This document shows positions 18,156 through 29,200 of a stretch of 64,000 bases of DNA, piece by piece (within the stretch, counting starts at the first letter, position 1; every line of letters begins with the position of its first letter). Origin of the DNA: a virus; the IMG/VR virus record IMGVR_UViG_3300009285_003054, positions 112,804 through 176,803 of that record, one strand, 5' to 3'. Position numbers and translations under genes: made by a program. The notes beneath the pieces were generated by a model. It ran no database searches. It was not told where the DNA came from and saw only the letters and a list, made by a program, of their open reading frames with translations.

Positions 18156-19004
18156 TTAGTGAGAACCCCCACTGGCCCCACCCAATTCTGGTTCAATCAG
18201 TTTGACCTTCTTCCGCTGCCTGTATACATCACGGGGCAAGGGAGGGCCTTGCACAGATTCCAGTCTTTGGATTAATCCAATACGCTCAGGTCGGGACATT
18301 TCAGGGAATTCCCCCTCAAGTGCCTTGGCCAAGTATGCCTTCCATTGCTCCGACTCTTCTGCCATCCGTTTAGTAAACCCCCGGAGGATTCCTTCAAACT
18401 TCTGGCGCATTCGACTATACTGTGGGGATGCACCGTCTGATCGTGATCCAGATTGGATACCAAACAGATCCGGGGGAAGTCGGTATCTCCGCGCTATTCG
18501 GTGAATGCTGTTGTCAAACCAGCCCTGTGTCTGATCTTGCTGGGTCCGTTTTCCGTAATTGACGTTGCGTTCCAATTGTGCTATTAATCCGACAGCCAAG
18601 GCGACTGGATATGTCGGGATACGGTATTGTTGCCCACACACCAACCGCTTACCTTGTTTGGTGAGCATTGTGTAGAGGGGGTCTACTGTCCCTTGCTGTA
18701 AACGATAGAACCGGTGGTTGTTAGCCAACAGTTCTATTGATCCGTCTGCATTAACCTGGCGTAGAGCGCATACCACCGAATGTGCATCACGTAACAAGTT
18801 CAATCGATGAAGGGTGATAGCTGTCAACCCGTACACATCCTGCCGGGGTGTTTCCGGATTGGTTTCCAGCATACTTACCACAATGCGCTCGACTCGTTGT
18901 GGTATAGTTTCCCCATCGACTGACTTATCTTTGTTGATAATCCGGAGCAGCGTCCGAACCTCATAGGATCTTGGAATGGACGGGGAGAATGTGAACGATG
19001 CCAT
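18156..19004 (-). CDS. Hypothetical basic protein
   Basis: 282-aa R/K-rich ORF in the operon. Confidence 0.55.
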   Translation of the reverse strand: MASFTFSPSIPRSYEVRTLLRIINKDKSVDGETIPQRVERIVVSMLETNPETPRQDVYGLTAITLHRLNLLRDAHSVVCALRQVNADGSIELLANNHRFYRLQQGTVDPLYTMLTKQGKRLVCGQQYRIPTYPVALAVGLIAQLERNVNYGKRTQQDQTQGWFDNSIHRIARRYRLPPDLFGIQSGSRSDGASPQYSRMRQKFEGILRGFTKRMAEESEQWKAYLAKALEGEFPEMSRPERIGLIQRLESVQGPPLPRDVYRQRKKVKLIEPELGGASGGSH

Positions 19005-19008
19005 GTTA

Positions 19009-20457
19009 TTACACCATAGCTACCCCGGAATCAAATCGCTGCACAAGTTGCAGATGATCCCTTCCGAAGAAAATTGGTTTGACCAACAACCCCGATGACC
19101 CCCAAACATAATCCCCATGTACCCGACCCACAATGGTGTAGCGGACCCAAGAGGATTTTCCTCCAGCCTGAGACCAATCCCGTAAGACAACCCCAGTTGC
19201 CCCGGAGTCCTGATACGCACCTAAGTCTATTCGGTCACAGAGGTACCCAGGAGGTGATGCAATTATCTCTGAGTGGACACTTGCAGAATTACATACGAAG
19301 TCTTTGAAGTATACGCGAAGGCTTGCATCATAGGTATAGCCGGTCGGGGGTGTTGGTGTAGCACTTGGGGGATCTTTCAAATGAAAGCCTATTCTAATCG
19401 ACACATCACCACCCAAGGCCAGAAAGGCCGCCCGCCAGGTGACATCCTGAAACGCGGGCCGGACCTCTTTACTGATCAAGAAGTCACCCTCTGTGTCGAA
19501 TATACCTTGTACCAATCGACTAGCGCCTTGATAGAAATCCAAAGTTCCGTGGATCAAATCAAAGAACAGAAATGCTGAAGACTCCAGTGCAACACGCCAA
19601 TGTGGAGTATTTTTTGAGATAACAGCCAGGGCATCCAGTGTCATGTACCCCGAGGATACAGTTTCCATTGCCAAAGTAGTGGTCACGGGATCAACCCCAT
19701 CATGCATTCGACCCTCAAGAATATCCCAAAGGAAGGGTCCCACACTTCCGCCAAACACGTTTGGCTGTGTGGGTAGCGGGATGAGATCAGATAAGAATGC
19801 TGGAAATGCTCGGAGATAGATGGTTTCACCCAGTGCGACATCACGGGTAAGAGGTGGCGACAATCCCAATGTATACAGATAGGGGGAACTGGTCTCTACA
19901 GCCGAGGGTATTCCTGTGACTGTGTAGGCTACCACACTCCCGGTTATTCCCTGATCGGCTAGTAACTCGATAGAGTCCCCCAACACAATCCGGAATACTG
20001 AGCTTACGGCCAAAGTTACACCACCCACACTAGCTGCCAGCGTGGTCGTGACAGGAACGGAATGCAAATACAGTGAAGTGTCGATGGGGTAGCCTAATGC
20101 TAACACCCCGGTCGAGCTGGCTAGTTCCACCGACTGCTTGCCATCGGAGTGTGTAACTACATCGGATACAAAGTGACTTTCTCTGCCGAGGAAGGATACA
20201 ATGGATCCCACCGGCATGTTCTGGATTGGTTCTATCACATATATTGATGCATCCCCCTGCTTGACTGCTTGACTGATAGCCATGGTATTGTGAGGAGTCA
20301 ATACTGAAAACGTCCCACCCAACCGGCGGGCAAAACGGGTCACCCCGTGGAGAGACATATCAACAGGAATGGCATATCCTCGAGGGACAAGAGTGGCTGT
20401 CTGGTGTAGCGGTACATTGTTGGTGATAAGGTTTGCAATTCGAGATAGTTTAGACAT
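19009..20457 (-). CDS. Putative virion structural protein
   Basis: 482 aa, beta-rich, with a repeated T(M/L)A...G...(I/L).V segment. Confidence 0.5.
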   Translation of the reverse strand: MSKLSRIANLITNNVPLHQTATLVPRGYAIPVDMSLHGVTRFARRLGGTFSVLTPHNTMAISQAVKQGDASIYVIEPIQNMPVGSIVSFLGRESHFVSDVVTHSDGKQSVELASSTGVLALGYPIDTSLYLHSVPVTTTLAASVGGVTLAVSSVFRIVLGDSIELLADQGITGSVVAYTVTGIPSAVETSSPYLYTLGLSPPLTRDVALGETIYLRAFPAFLSDLIPLPTQPNVFGGSVGPFLWDILEGRMHDGVDPVTTTLAMETVSSGYMTLDALAVISKNTPHWRVALESSAFLFFDLIHGTLDFYQGASRLVQGIFDTEGDFLISKEVRPAFQDVTWRAAFLALGGDVSIRIGFHLKDPPSATPTPPTGYTYDASLRVYFKDFVCNSASVHSEIIASPPGYLCDRIDLGAYQDSGATGVVLRDWSQAGGKSSWVRYTIVGRVHGDYVWGSSGLLVKPIFFGRDHLQLVQRFDSGVAMV

Positions 20458-20466
20458 ATTATCATC

Positions 20467-20847
20467 TCACACCTTATCGTCAGAAACGATTACTTCATCT
20501 GTGGTGGAATCGTGTTGCGCCAACAAGACATATGTGTTGATAGTTGCTTCGGCTGCTAACAGAATATGATCGACAAGGGTAGAAACCAAAGCCCCCGCAA
20601 ATGCGAAGAGGATCAGGTATTTCGGAGGGATGAGAAGACCACATCCTAGAAGAATACTCACCCAAAACCCGGTGCAGAATGCACACTGAAGCATTCGCTT
20701 CAGTAAGTTCAATCGAGACAGAATCTTTCGGATGAATTCTGCTGCATCCGATTGGACTAGGAAGTGAGTGATGCCAGCACATGCCAAGAGGGACCAAAGG
20801 TTAATTTCAAACACGAAAGACTCCCGAAATACTGGGTGTACACACAC
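20467..20847 (-). CDS. DUF1360-like small membrane protein
   Basis: Hydrophobic helices and MLQCAFCTGFWVS (L.CxxCxxxW) signature. Confidence 0.6.
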   Translation of the reverse strand: MCVHPVFRESFVFEINLWSLLACAGITHFLVQSDAAEFIRKILSRLNLLKRMLQCAFCTGFWVSILLGCGLLIPPKYLILFAFAGALVSTLVDHILLAAEATINTYVLLAQHDSTTDEVIVSDDKV

Positions 20848-20858
20848 GTAGCATCATT

Positions 20859-23432
20859 TTATCCACCTGCTGCGAAGTCAACGGGTGGTTTCCCACCATA
20901 AGCCGATTTCCAACGATCTTCAAAGTCCTCGGAATCCCCCAATCGCAGACCCTTTGTGTGCAATGCTTTGAGTATCTTGACTGCTTGGGTCCGATCTTTA
21001 ATAGGACACCAATATCCAGATCCCTCGTACTCCCAACGATGTTTGCGGAAGATCCGGTCAGCGTTCTTATTGTTTCCCCTCTGAGTACAGATCATCACAC
21101 GGTTGTTATCCACATCGTGAGAGACATGTACCGAGAAGCCCATATCCTGCGGCTGTTTTCTCCTCTCACCCTTCTGCTCTTTGAGGATCTCTGGAAATAG
21201 CTTTCGGGGGAGACGTTGAGACCCAATCACCCTCTTTGCATCTCCTTCGTTGAGGATCTCAATTTTCCCCGCTTTCAGGAGATCCAACATTCTCAATCCC
21301 CGTGCCTTATCGGAGAAGTGATACTTCCACAGCCCGGGATGCCACACAAATCCAGACTGCACCAGCCAGGGGGTATCCGCCTCGTCTCCATCCAATGCCA
21401 GGAAATCAATTCCGTCCCATCCCAGGATGTAGATATCCTTGATCACAGTGACATCAGCCGAGACAGTATCCCCAGTGTCAATTTCTACTTCATCGTGCCC
21501 GGGATCCGCATCCGCCGCTACTTGAGGAAGATAATCATCAATCTTTTCGAGCAGTTCATCGGGATTAATGAACGTCCCTACTGGTTTGTTGTTGACCAGC
21601 AGGACCGCCTGTTTGTACTCATCCCCCCCGAAGAAGTCATCCCCCTTTGGTTTCTCCAGCTTGACCACAATGGGGTTGCCCCCATCCACGACCCGCTTGT
21701 AACGTACCCGATTCTCCTGCTGCATTTCCAGCAGGTTTATCAGAGTATCGTGCCATTCGTCTACGGTGTAGTATACCGTATCTCCCACGGGCGCATCAAC
21801 ATCAGCTACCGGTTTCTCATCGGCAAAGGAGATCCCTTCCAGAAGATCAAAATCCCGCTCGTCTTCAGGAGACGCACCGCCGGTAGCTCCAGTGTTGATG
21901 TGCGCGAAGTGTTGAATCAACTTCGCAGCATCTACCATACTGATTGCAGTATCGACAGTGATATCCCAGTTAGCCCCATCCTTCTTGAACCGGAGCCAGC
22001 TCTTCCCAAACCCCGCTTTCAAACGATCTTGCTTCTTGGTTAACTCTCCCCCGAGAGCCAGCAGGAACTGTGCCAGCTCGTCGTCGTCAAGCCAGTTGTC
22101 AACCGTAACATCCCAGAGGTAGTCTGGTTTACGTCCAGTTCGTTTGAGTGTAAACTCAATGTCGTTAGGGAGACCCACATCAATGATCTTCCCACCAGAC
22201 TTGACGTTAACCCGACTGGCCACGTCATCCAGTGCGTCCTCGGGATCCTTTTGAGTTTTTGCTGTCTCATCGGAACCACCAGACTCCTGAGGGTCTTCCA
22301 TACCTATTGCGGGAACAGCGTCATTCTTTGAGGGAATTTCCGAGGTAGTTTTGGTGCTATCTGGTCGCTTATCATGCGGTGCTGGGGTGCTTGACGGTTG
22401 GACGGCTGTCCCCGGAGGAAGCATAGGAACATCCTCGCCAGAGTCGGGGGATACTGGGATCAATTTGGAAAGCCTTACCAGTATTGATTTTTGCTTTCGT
22501 ACAATCTCTGTCAAGGCATCAATATCATCGGCTGCCGCCGCAATGTCATCCTCTGAAGGGAGCTCAATATCCCGTAGAATCTCTACTGCCATTTCATCGT
22601 CTACGCTCTCAAGCATCCCTTGGATACGATCCGCCATATCGTGTACTTCTGCTAACAATCTCGAATGTGTAGGATCTTCAGGTTCGTCGGCTGGGGGGGA
22701 TACATCGTCATCCCCAAACGTCCACCCCAATCCCCGTGCTCTCCTTTCCAGAGTAGCCCAATTTGCCTTCGGGTTGTTGGCTAAGTCAAGAAATGCCTTC
22801 TGTGCAGAATCAGGACCCTGTGCAGAAGGTGGCAGGATCTGAAGATCTAGTGCAAGATCAGCGAACCTTGGTTCAAACTCTGTATCTGTTGCCAATTCTT
22901 CGACCAATGCTTGCAACCTAGTCCCGTCTGAAGCCAGTGCGCCCTTGATATCGTGTTTCCAATCATACACTTCCGAAAAATCAACCTTGTGGCCTTGCGC
23001 GCTGATCCATTGTTGTATAAGATCCCAAGTTTTTGGCGATAGATTTCCCGGTGCGTTGAACGCTTCAGTACGCCGTTGTGTTACCATAGGCAACACACTC
23101 CGAGTGCGAGCAATTGATTCACTCGCAGCGTAACGATCATCCAAAAAATCGGTATCTTTAGGGTACCATACCAATGTCATGTAAGTACCCACTTGAGCCG
23201 ACTTGATCTGGTAGGGATTAACAGGAAGCGCAGCCTCTTTGGCGTAGAGTACATAAATCCCTTGCGGGATACCGTCTGCACGCACTGCCACACGGGGGAT
23301 CCAGGTTGAGTCCAAACCCCGCTTAAACACTGGATCATCATTGTACGTTTCTGGCCACTGGGTCTGTACTGCGGCCCGAATTTGATCCAAAAAATTTCGT
23401 GTTCGTGAGAACCGTTGTAGCGCAGTCGTCAT
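20859..23432 (-). CDS. Large acidic multidomain hypothetical protein (857 aa) with internal repeats
   Basis: Duplicated WDVTVD/WDITVD module and two C-terminal repeats (LVQSGFVW / IFRKHRWEY). Confidence 0.65.
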   Translation of the reverse strand: MTTALQRFSRTRNFLDQIRAAVQTQWPETYNDDPVFKRGLDSTWIPRVAVRADGIPQGIYVLYAKEAALPVNPYQIKSAQVGTYMTLVWYPKDTDFLDDRYAASESIARTRSVLPMVTQRRTEAFNAPGNLSPKTWDLIQQWISAQGHKVDFSEVYDWKHDIKGALASDGTRLQALVEELATDTEFEPRFADLALDLQILPPSAQGPDSAQKAFLDLANNPKANWATLERRARGLGWTFGDDDVSPPADEPEDPTHSRLLAEVHDMADRIQGMLESVDDEMAVEILRDIELPSEDDIAAAADDIDALTEIVRKQKSILVRLSKLIPVSPDSGEDVPMLPPGTAVQPSSTPAPHDKRPDSTKTTSEIPSKNDAVPAIGMEDPQESGGSDETAKTQKDPEDALDDVASRVNVKSGGKIIDVGLPNDIEFTLKRTGRKPDYLWDVTVDNWLDDDELAQFLLALGGELTKKQDRLKAGFGKSWLRFKKDGANWDITVDTAISMVDAAKLIQHFAHINTGATGGASPEDERDFDLLEGISFADEKPVADVDAPVGDTVYYTVDEWHDTLINLLEMQQENRVRYKRVVDGGNPIVVKLEKPKGDDFFGGDEYKQAVLLVNNKPVGTFINPDELLEKIDDYLPQVAADADPGHDEVEIDTGDTVSADVTVIKDIYILGWDGIDFLALDGDEADTPWLVQSGFVWHPGLWKYHFSDKARGLRMLDLLKAGKIEILNEGDAKRVIGSQRLPRKLFPEILKEQKGERRKQPQDMGFSVHVSHDVDNNRVMICTQRGNNKNADRIFRKHRWEYEGSGYWCPIKDRTQAVKILKALHTKGLRLGDSEDFEDRWKSAYGGKPPVDFAAGG

Positions 23433-23438
23433 GGGAGG

Positions 23439-23849
23439 TTACCCCTTTATTACCAAGGATTGGAGCAATCGCTCCGCACGGGTAGCTAACTTTATGGATC
23501 GATTGGGGTTGTTTAGGAATCCTACCGATCCTTCGCGGAAGTGCTCAACAACTTTTTGTAGCGCATGCTCAATCTTTTGCGGATCAGCCTGCGCAAGGAC
23601 TAGTACCGAAGTATGGCGGATGCGGGAGAATGATTTCCCTGGAGGGATAGATAATGCGGAGGCTACCACCTCAAGTGGAAGATCCCGATGGGTTATAGCG
23701 GAAATCCGATATCTGCGATCCCCACAGAGAACACACCTGGTACGCTCCATGTGTTGCTCTGCCCCGCATCCTTGACATACGTATGCGTATCCTTGGGCAG
23801 CGGAGTCCAGAATCTGATTAACTCGAGCCATGCGAAGGTCGATCAACAT
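23439..23849 (-). CDS. Zinc-ribbon protein
   Basis: YVCQGCG...RCVLCG. Confidence 0.6.
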   Translation of the reverse strand: MLIDLRMARVNQILDSAAQGYAYVCQGCGAEQHMERTRCVLCGDRRYRISAITHRDLPLEVVASALSIPPGKSFSRIRHTSVLVLAQADPQKIEHALQKVVEHFREGSVGFLNNPNRSIKLATRAERLLQSLVIKG

Positions 23850-23853
23850 AGTG

Positions 23854-24411
23854 TCACTCAGTCAATGCCAGATACGTCCGAATGGCCTTCGCAATTTTCT
23901 TTTCCCGGGACGACCCTATCGTAGGGATCTCCCCCAGTGTTCTGTCGGCGTTCCGTCGCAGTAGGCTCGCCAAGGTCTCCCCTTGTGTGATCAGCAGGGT
24001 CGAAAGATCAGGAGGCAGCTCCAGGGCAGCAATATCCCCCGGTGCTTCTACGAGAACAGCCGATTTGGGATCAGAGACTGCAACTTCCTGCTCAAAGACA
24101 GGTCCCCCCGATATTTCTTCTGAACCCAACTGCCCGGCATCATCAATATCCTCCGGAACAACCTCTTCTACTGTACAATCGAGTACGATATCTGACTGTA
24201 CAATCGGGGTTGGGACCGAGGGTACTGGTTGTACCTCTTGCATAGCCTTCGCAGAGACTTTGTTAAGGGGTTCTCGATCGAGTGTGTACATGCGCCTGTT
24301 CGATTGAATTGTGTGGATTGTCATATTCCTACCCTTTTGCTGAGAGGTTGTGAGATGGTGTACGGGACAGGAAAACCGATCCCGTCTGCAGATGCAGCGT
24401 GCAGCGTTCAT
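23854..24411 (-). CDS. Hypothetical protein with C-terminal helix-hairpin-helix
   Basis: TLGEIPTIGSSREKKI matches the HhH motif. The start may be the internal MTIHTIQ. Confidence 0.55.
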   Translation of the reverse strand: MNAARCICRRDRFSCPVHHLTTSQQKGRNMTIHTIQSNRRMYTLDREPLNKVSAKAMQEVQPVPSVPTPIVQSDIVLDCTVEEVVPEDIDDAGQLGSEEISGGPVFEQEVAVSDPKSAVLVEAPGDIAALELPPDLSTLLITQGETLASLLRRNADRTLGEIPTIGSSREKKIAKAIRTYLALTE

Positions 24412-24422
24412 AGGTAGCGCCC

Positions 24423-25721
24423 CTATGTCAAACGTTTCTGGAATTCTCTTCGTAGAAGAGTAGCCAAGGCGGCAGTAGCCACATCTACCCCAAAGAGATC
24501 CATGAACTGATCTTTTCTTCGTTTGGTAACGCTACCCAATGTTGGGAGTGACATATCAACCAAGAGATCGACATCGTTTTTTGACGGTGCCTCTCCAAAT
24601 TTCGTCATTGTGTCAGTGGCAATATCACCCAAACTCGGTTTGATCAACCCTTTGTGCCCCCGCCACCACCCAGCCGCATCCGCTACATCCGACTGTAAAC
24701 TAGCCACCTTCACCAGCTCCGGACTCCCATCACTCTGGATGACGATATCCACCGCCTTCGGGGTCGTAGCATCCTCGGGACCACCTACCTGGATCACTTC
24801 TCTCCTAGTAGCACCTGGCGGACCTTTCTCAAGCACTTCATGTTCCCGTTTACGCCTTCGCTGGCTAGAGATCCCCTCAATGTAGTGTGCGGCTCTGTGG
24901 TATTTTTCCTCGGGTTGACGCTGCAGCACCCCTACAGCCTGCTTGATTTCACCTTGGATATCGGATTGTACACTGGATGCTATCTCGAAGTAAGCGGCGT
25001 TGTCTTGGATACCGACGCCGCTAAAGGAATTCCCTTCGGACCTCTCTGGGGTGTACAGTTCTACTGTAGACACGAAGGTAACATCTACCCCTATATTGCA
25101 GTCGTCTATCTCACACATCGGAGTAGGCAGCACCCGAGCTCGCAAGTTAATATGTGGGAACACCCGAGTAAGGCTGAGAATAGACTGCGCCACCGCCGGA
25201 GCATGTTGCAGAATAGGGCGAGGAATCTCTTGGGATTTGTCCAGCGCATCTGCTAGATAATCATGCGCAATTCGTACTACTGCACGAGATACATTCATGC
25301 GCAATACAGAATCGGACTCAATTTGTCGGAGAAGTGTAGGCTTGGGTAGTTTACTCCGCCCCTCTCCGGATACCGCGTCATGGATCCGAAATGACACCCT
25401 CAACTGGCATCGGGTAACGGAGTCCGCATAAGAGATTGCTACCTTGAAGTCATCCAACCCAGATGGCTCAGGCATACTCCAACGAAGTCCTGCGGTAGAG
25501 AATACACGAGTGTCTAGGTCCCTGACGGGGGCTACGTTCTGTGTGAGTACATTAGCAATCCGAAGCACTATTGAGTGCGGGATGTGTGGAAACTTCCCCA
25601 CTGTCCCATGCACTCCATCTCGCAACAAAGATTTACAGACTGCGCGGACACCATCCCCACGTAGTCTGGTGTATTTAGCTATCTCTCGAGCTGTTTCGAG
25701 AGAGACTTCGATTTTACTCAT
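24423..25721 (-). CDS. Hypothetical protein (432 aa)
   Basis: Long ORF with GGAGGGG RBS. Confidence 0.6.
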   Translation of the reverse strand: MSKIEVSLETAREIAKYTRLRGDGVRAVCKSLLRDGVHGTVGKFPHIPHSIVLRIANVLTQNVAPVRDLDTRVFSTAGLRWSMPEPSGLDDFKVAISYADSVTRCQLRVSFRIHDAVSGEGRSKLPKPTLLRQIESDSVLRMNVSRAVVRIAHDYLADALDKSQEIPRPILQHAPAVAQSILSLTRVFPHINLRARVLPTPMCEIDDCNIGVDVTFVSTVELYTPERSEGNSFSGVGIQDNAAYFEIASSVQSDIQGEIKQAVGVLQRQPEEKYHRAAHYIEGISSQRRRKREHEVLEKGPPGATRREVIQVGGPEDATTPKAVDIVIQSDGSPELVKVASLQSDVADAAGWWRGHKGLIKPSLGDIATDTMTKFGEAPSKNDVDLLVDMSLPTLGSVTKRRKDQFMDLFGVDVATAALATLLRREFQKRLT

Positions 25722-25773
25722 TACCCCTCCATGACATCCAGCAAACCTTATGCATTGTGTACTAGAACTGTAC

Positions 25774-26223
25774 TTAGAACTGTACCACTAATCTCCAGAT
25801 CAGGACATCCGATGTGGTTTTGGCGATCATTGGTCGATGACTTACTGCGAAGAGTACCCGGGTGCCAACCTCTGGTGGATTTAGGGGAGAGTCTAGGATA
25901 GTTGCGTATATCCCCCACTCGCTGACAGTAATGATTGCTTCACTTGCGGAGATACGACAAGTAGAAGCGGATGCTGAATCATTAGCATATTGAACTAGAT
26001 CAATTGGTTCGGGATCTGCCACCAACATCGGGTATGTATCTGGACCAATTATTTCCACCAGCAGCGGATCGATTGCGATCACAGTAGTTGGATCCAGCGG
26101 ATCATGTCCCCCAGAACCTACCCGGAAGTGCGTGAGTTTCCACGCCAGGCCTTCCATAATACCCCGCGCCAGCAACTCTAGGCCACCATTGGTAGCTTGC
26201 GCAATTACACTTCCAATTGGCAT
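25774..26223 (-). CDS. Tail collar/fibre-associated protein (DUF3751-like), paralog of 30659..31093
   Basis: T..G......F.VG.GG, EWGIYA and LFAV....IAKT pattern. Shares GHDPLDP with the paralog. Start set at MPIGS. Confidence 0.6.
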   Translation of the reverse strand: MPIGSVIAQATNGGLELLARGIMEGLAWKLTHFRVGSGGHDPLDPTTVIAIDPLLVEIIGPDTYPMLVADPEPIDLVQYANDSASASTCRISASEAIITVSEWGIYATILDSPLNPPEVGTRVLFAVSHRPMIAKTTSDVLIWRLVVQF

Positions 26224-26230
26224 GATATCC

Positions 26231-29200
26231 TCACTTGGAAAGGAGCGGGCGTCCAATCAGATAGTAAGCCTCAAACACACCTCCAATTTGCGGAGCGTAG
26301 ATGTCACGAGGACGGATACCTGAGAGCGATTTTGGTGCACCAGATACCTGGAGTATTGGTGTACCACTATTGCCAATTACCATGTAGTGCCCGCCGTAGT
26401 AGTTTCCGAACCAAGACGATTCAGACCGCAGCCGGAAAGGAATACCTGGATGGAGGTATGTTGGTGGGTTCGGTAGCAACTCCCAACCCACGACACCCTG
26501 CAGTATTTCAGTAGACAGCAACCCTTCCAAATTTCCAAAAGGAAGGTATGCCACACCATCAGCCACAAACCTACGGGTTGAAGAATCTGCCCCGTCATAC
26601 TCCCAGAGGGTTACTGCAACTCCTCGAGTTGCATCCGCAAATGATGCGCTATCCATTGCGGCCTCGTGACTAGCGTAGTCTCTATACTCTATTACAGCAC
26701 CATGTACAGGCCTGTGGGCCCCACCTATCTGCTCGCCGGAGAAGCTATCATCCATCATTACCAATGCACCGCCGGACGCATAGTCAGCACTACCTAGTGG
26801 AATTTCTCTCCCCGTAAGTTCCCATTCAGCTATGACTACACCGAACCAATTATACACACCCCCACCGGTAGCATAGAGATCTCCCGCGATGTTCCAATTA
26901 GGCCAAGGAAGATGATCCAGCATCCCATCGTAGCCAATCTGGAGTGTCTTCAGAATTGACCGTAGGAAGTATGGTTTACCGGAAACTTCTGCTCTCATCC
27001 GAGAGCGCCAAAACGATGTACCTGATGATGCCAATGCTTTTGCACGACCAGCAAACTGGAATCTAGCGCCGGTATAGTCATATGCCTGCTGCATATTGTT
27101 AGCTTCACTCATTGTCTCTGGGTGAATATACTGTGGCAGTCTTCCGAAGGTAGAGAGAAAAGTCTTTCCAGTACAGATAACCTCGCCCTGAAGGATGCCT
27201 TTTAGATAAGCAACCTTATCAACCACGCAATCCTTAGCGGACATTCCCTGGTACGGGGTGTTTTCATACCACACCAGGATGTCCTCTGCCGCTGCAGCTG
27301 GAGGAGTAATGGTTACGAATACCGCACGATAATCCTTACCCGCACTTTGATAGCCACCCGTCAGTGCCGACAATCGACCACCATCTACCCCTTCGTACAC
27401 CTCCATGGTGTACTGATCATATGGGATTACATCCCACGGGTCTGCTGTAGCTGTGTCTCTCCACAGCAAACATACGAAGCGCAAGAAATGTGCATTAGTG
27501 GATCCGGACAAATATGCACCAGCTGTGATTTGTCCGGTCCAATCGTGTGTGTAAAACTTATAGAAACCCGTAATACAACGACTACCGCGGGTTACCTCTA
27601 CCCATCTGTCAGCGTCTGCGGTATCATACGCAACCATTACATGTACATCGTGCGCAACTATAGGTGCACCGAAGGTAATTTCCAAGGTTTGGTTGTCATC
27701 ACTAATGGTCACGCCGTATGTGTAACTTGCTCGAGTTACACCTATCACAGTAACTCCCAAAAACCCCAGGAAATAGGCTGCCCCCGATTCAGGTACCGCT
27801 GCTTCCAGATCTGCGTGTACCAATGTCAGTACAGCACCGCTGAATGCCGATACTGTGATATCGGCTACCATTGGGTTAACCCCTAGCACATTCCCGACAC
27901 CTAGAGGACCCCAAGTACCACAGAACATTCGATTAGGCACCCGAGTCAAACCACCGTTGTCTGTGTGTTGGATGTCGGTATCAGACCTCCGATGGATCAT
28001 CCAGTAGTAAAAATGCACTAGTGTATTGTCCGGAGTGGTCAAATCCAATTCCATATCAATGGGGTACCCATCACCGTCAACAGCATTTATTACAACATTA
28101 GCGGTTGTACACGACACAATAGCCGTGTCCAAATTGTCCCACTGATATGGGTGTGCTGGTGGGCCTGCCGCACTGTATAGAAGGAAATGTGGACCGTCAG
28201 TTGGGGATGTTGTGTCCGCGACGTAAATAGACATCCCAACTGGGGCTTGGATACGCATGTGTCCAGGGATACCGATGGCCCAAGTGTGTACGCCATCTGT
28301 GAAGTTACCGGTTGGATCAAATGCTAACCCAAATGGGCGAACTTCTTCTGCTTCACTCCAGCAATGACGCCACCCGTCGGGGTCAGCTGTCAGTTTGGAG
28401 TATCCCAGTACAGCCAGAGACGCAATAGCGTCTCCTATAGTAAGTCGATTCCCAGCTACATCAGCGTGTACTGGGTGTCGAGCCATCAACGTATCCAATT
28501 GTCCTAGCATCAATGATCTTGCAGTAGCTTCCATCCGGTTGCGGATGTCTGCTTCCCCCAATCCGACTCGGTGGAATAACGGGGTAATTGACCAAGCAAT
28601 ATCATCATGTGCGTAGCCATCCGGACGACTCCCTGCCAGTCCTCCATTCGGATTTGCTGCTGCGTCAAAAGCTAGAGAGTTGAACCGTGAGATCAGGCAT
28701 ATTGGTATGGCATATTCTGTTCCGAAGAGGATGACTCTTGGATCAAACGTCCCCGGGACGTACTCCCACAAACCCAAGTCCCCAGAGGTTGCACTGTAAC
28801 CAGCAGCCGCCATTGCTTCGGGGGTGTCTTCCACCAATGAAACCGACCCAACATCTATTAGCTTTATGTCCGCATAGATTTCGCGGACATACCCAGCAGA
28901 ATACGGCATTGTATGATACTCGCCGAGTGCAATGATCTCCCTATTAGTTGGTGGGACACTCATATCGGGACATGCCACAAAAGAGACTTGCAGCACTACG
29001 CAGGACCGATAACCCCCCGCTGCCGGACTGGCGTTCAGAGTCACCTCCGACGAGGCTTGAGGGATCACTAGTCGATAACCCCGGACGTTGACTACAATAT
29101 CCCTATCAAACCCCATCACCAACCCACCTTTCGATTCAAAGGTGGTATCAGTCAACAACCCCGAAGGGAGGGTTTGGGTTTCCTTAGACAGGGCCACTCG

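Noticed and set aside
25763-25785. TAGAACTGTAC direct repeat at a gene end
   Set aside because: Two 11-bp copies with no associated element; probably a local duplication.
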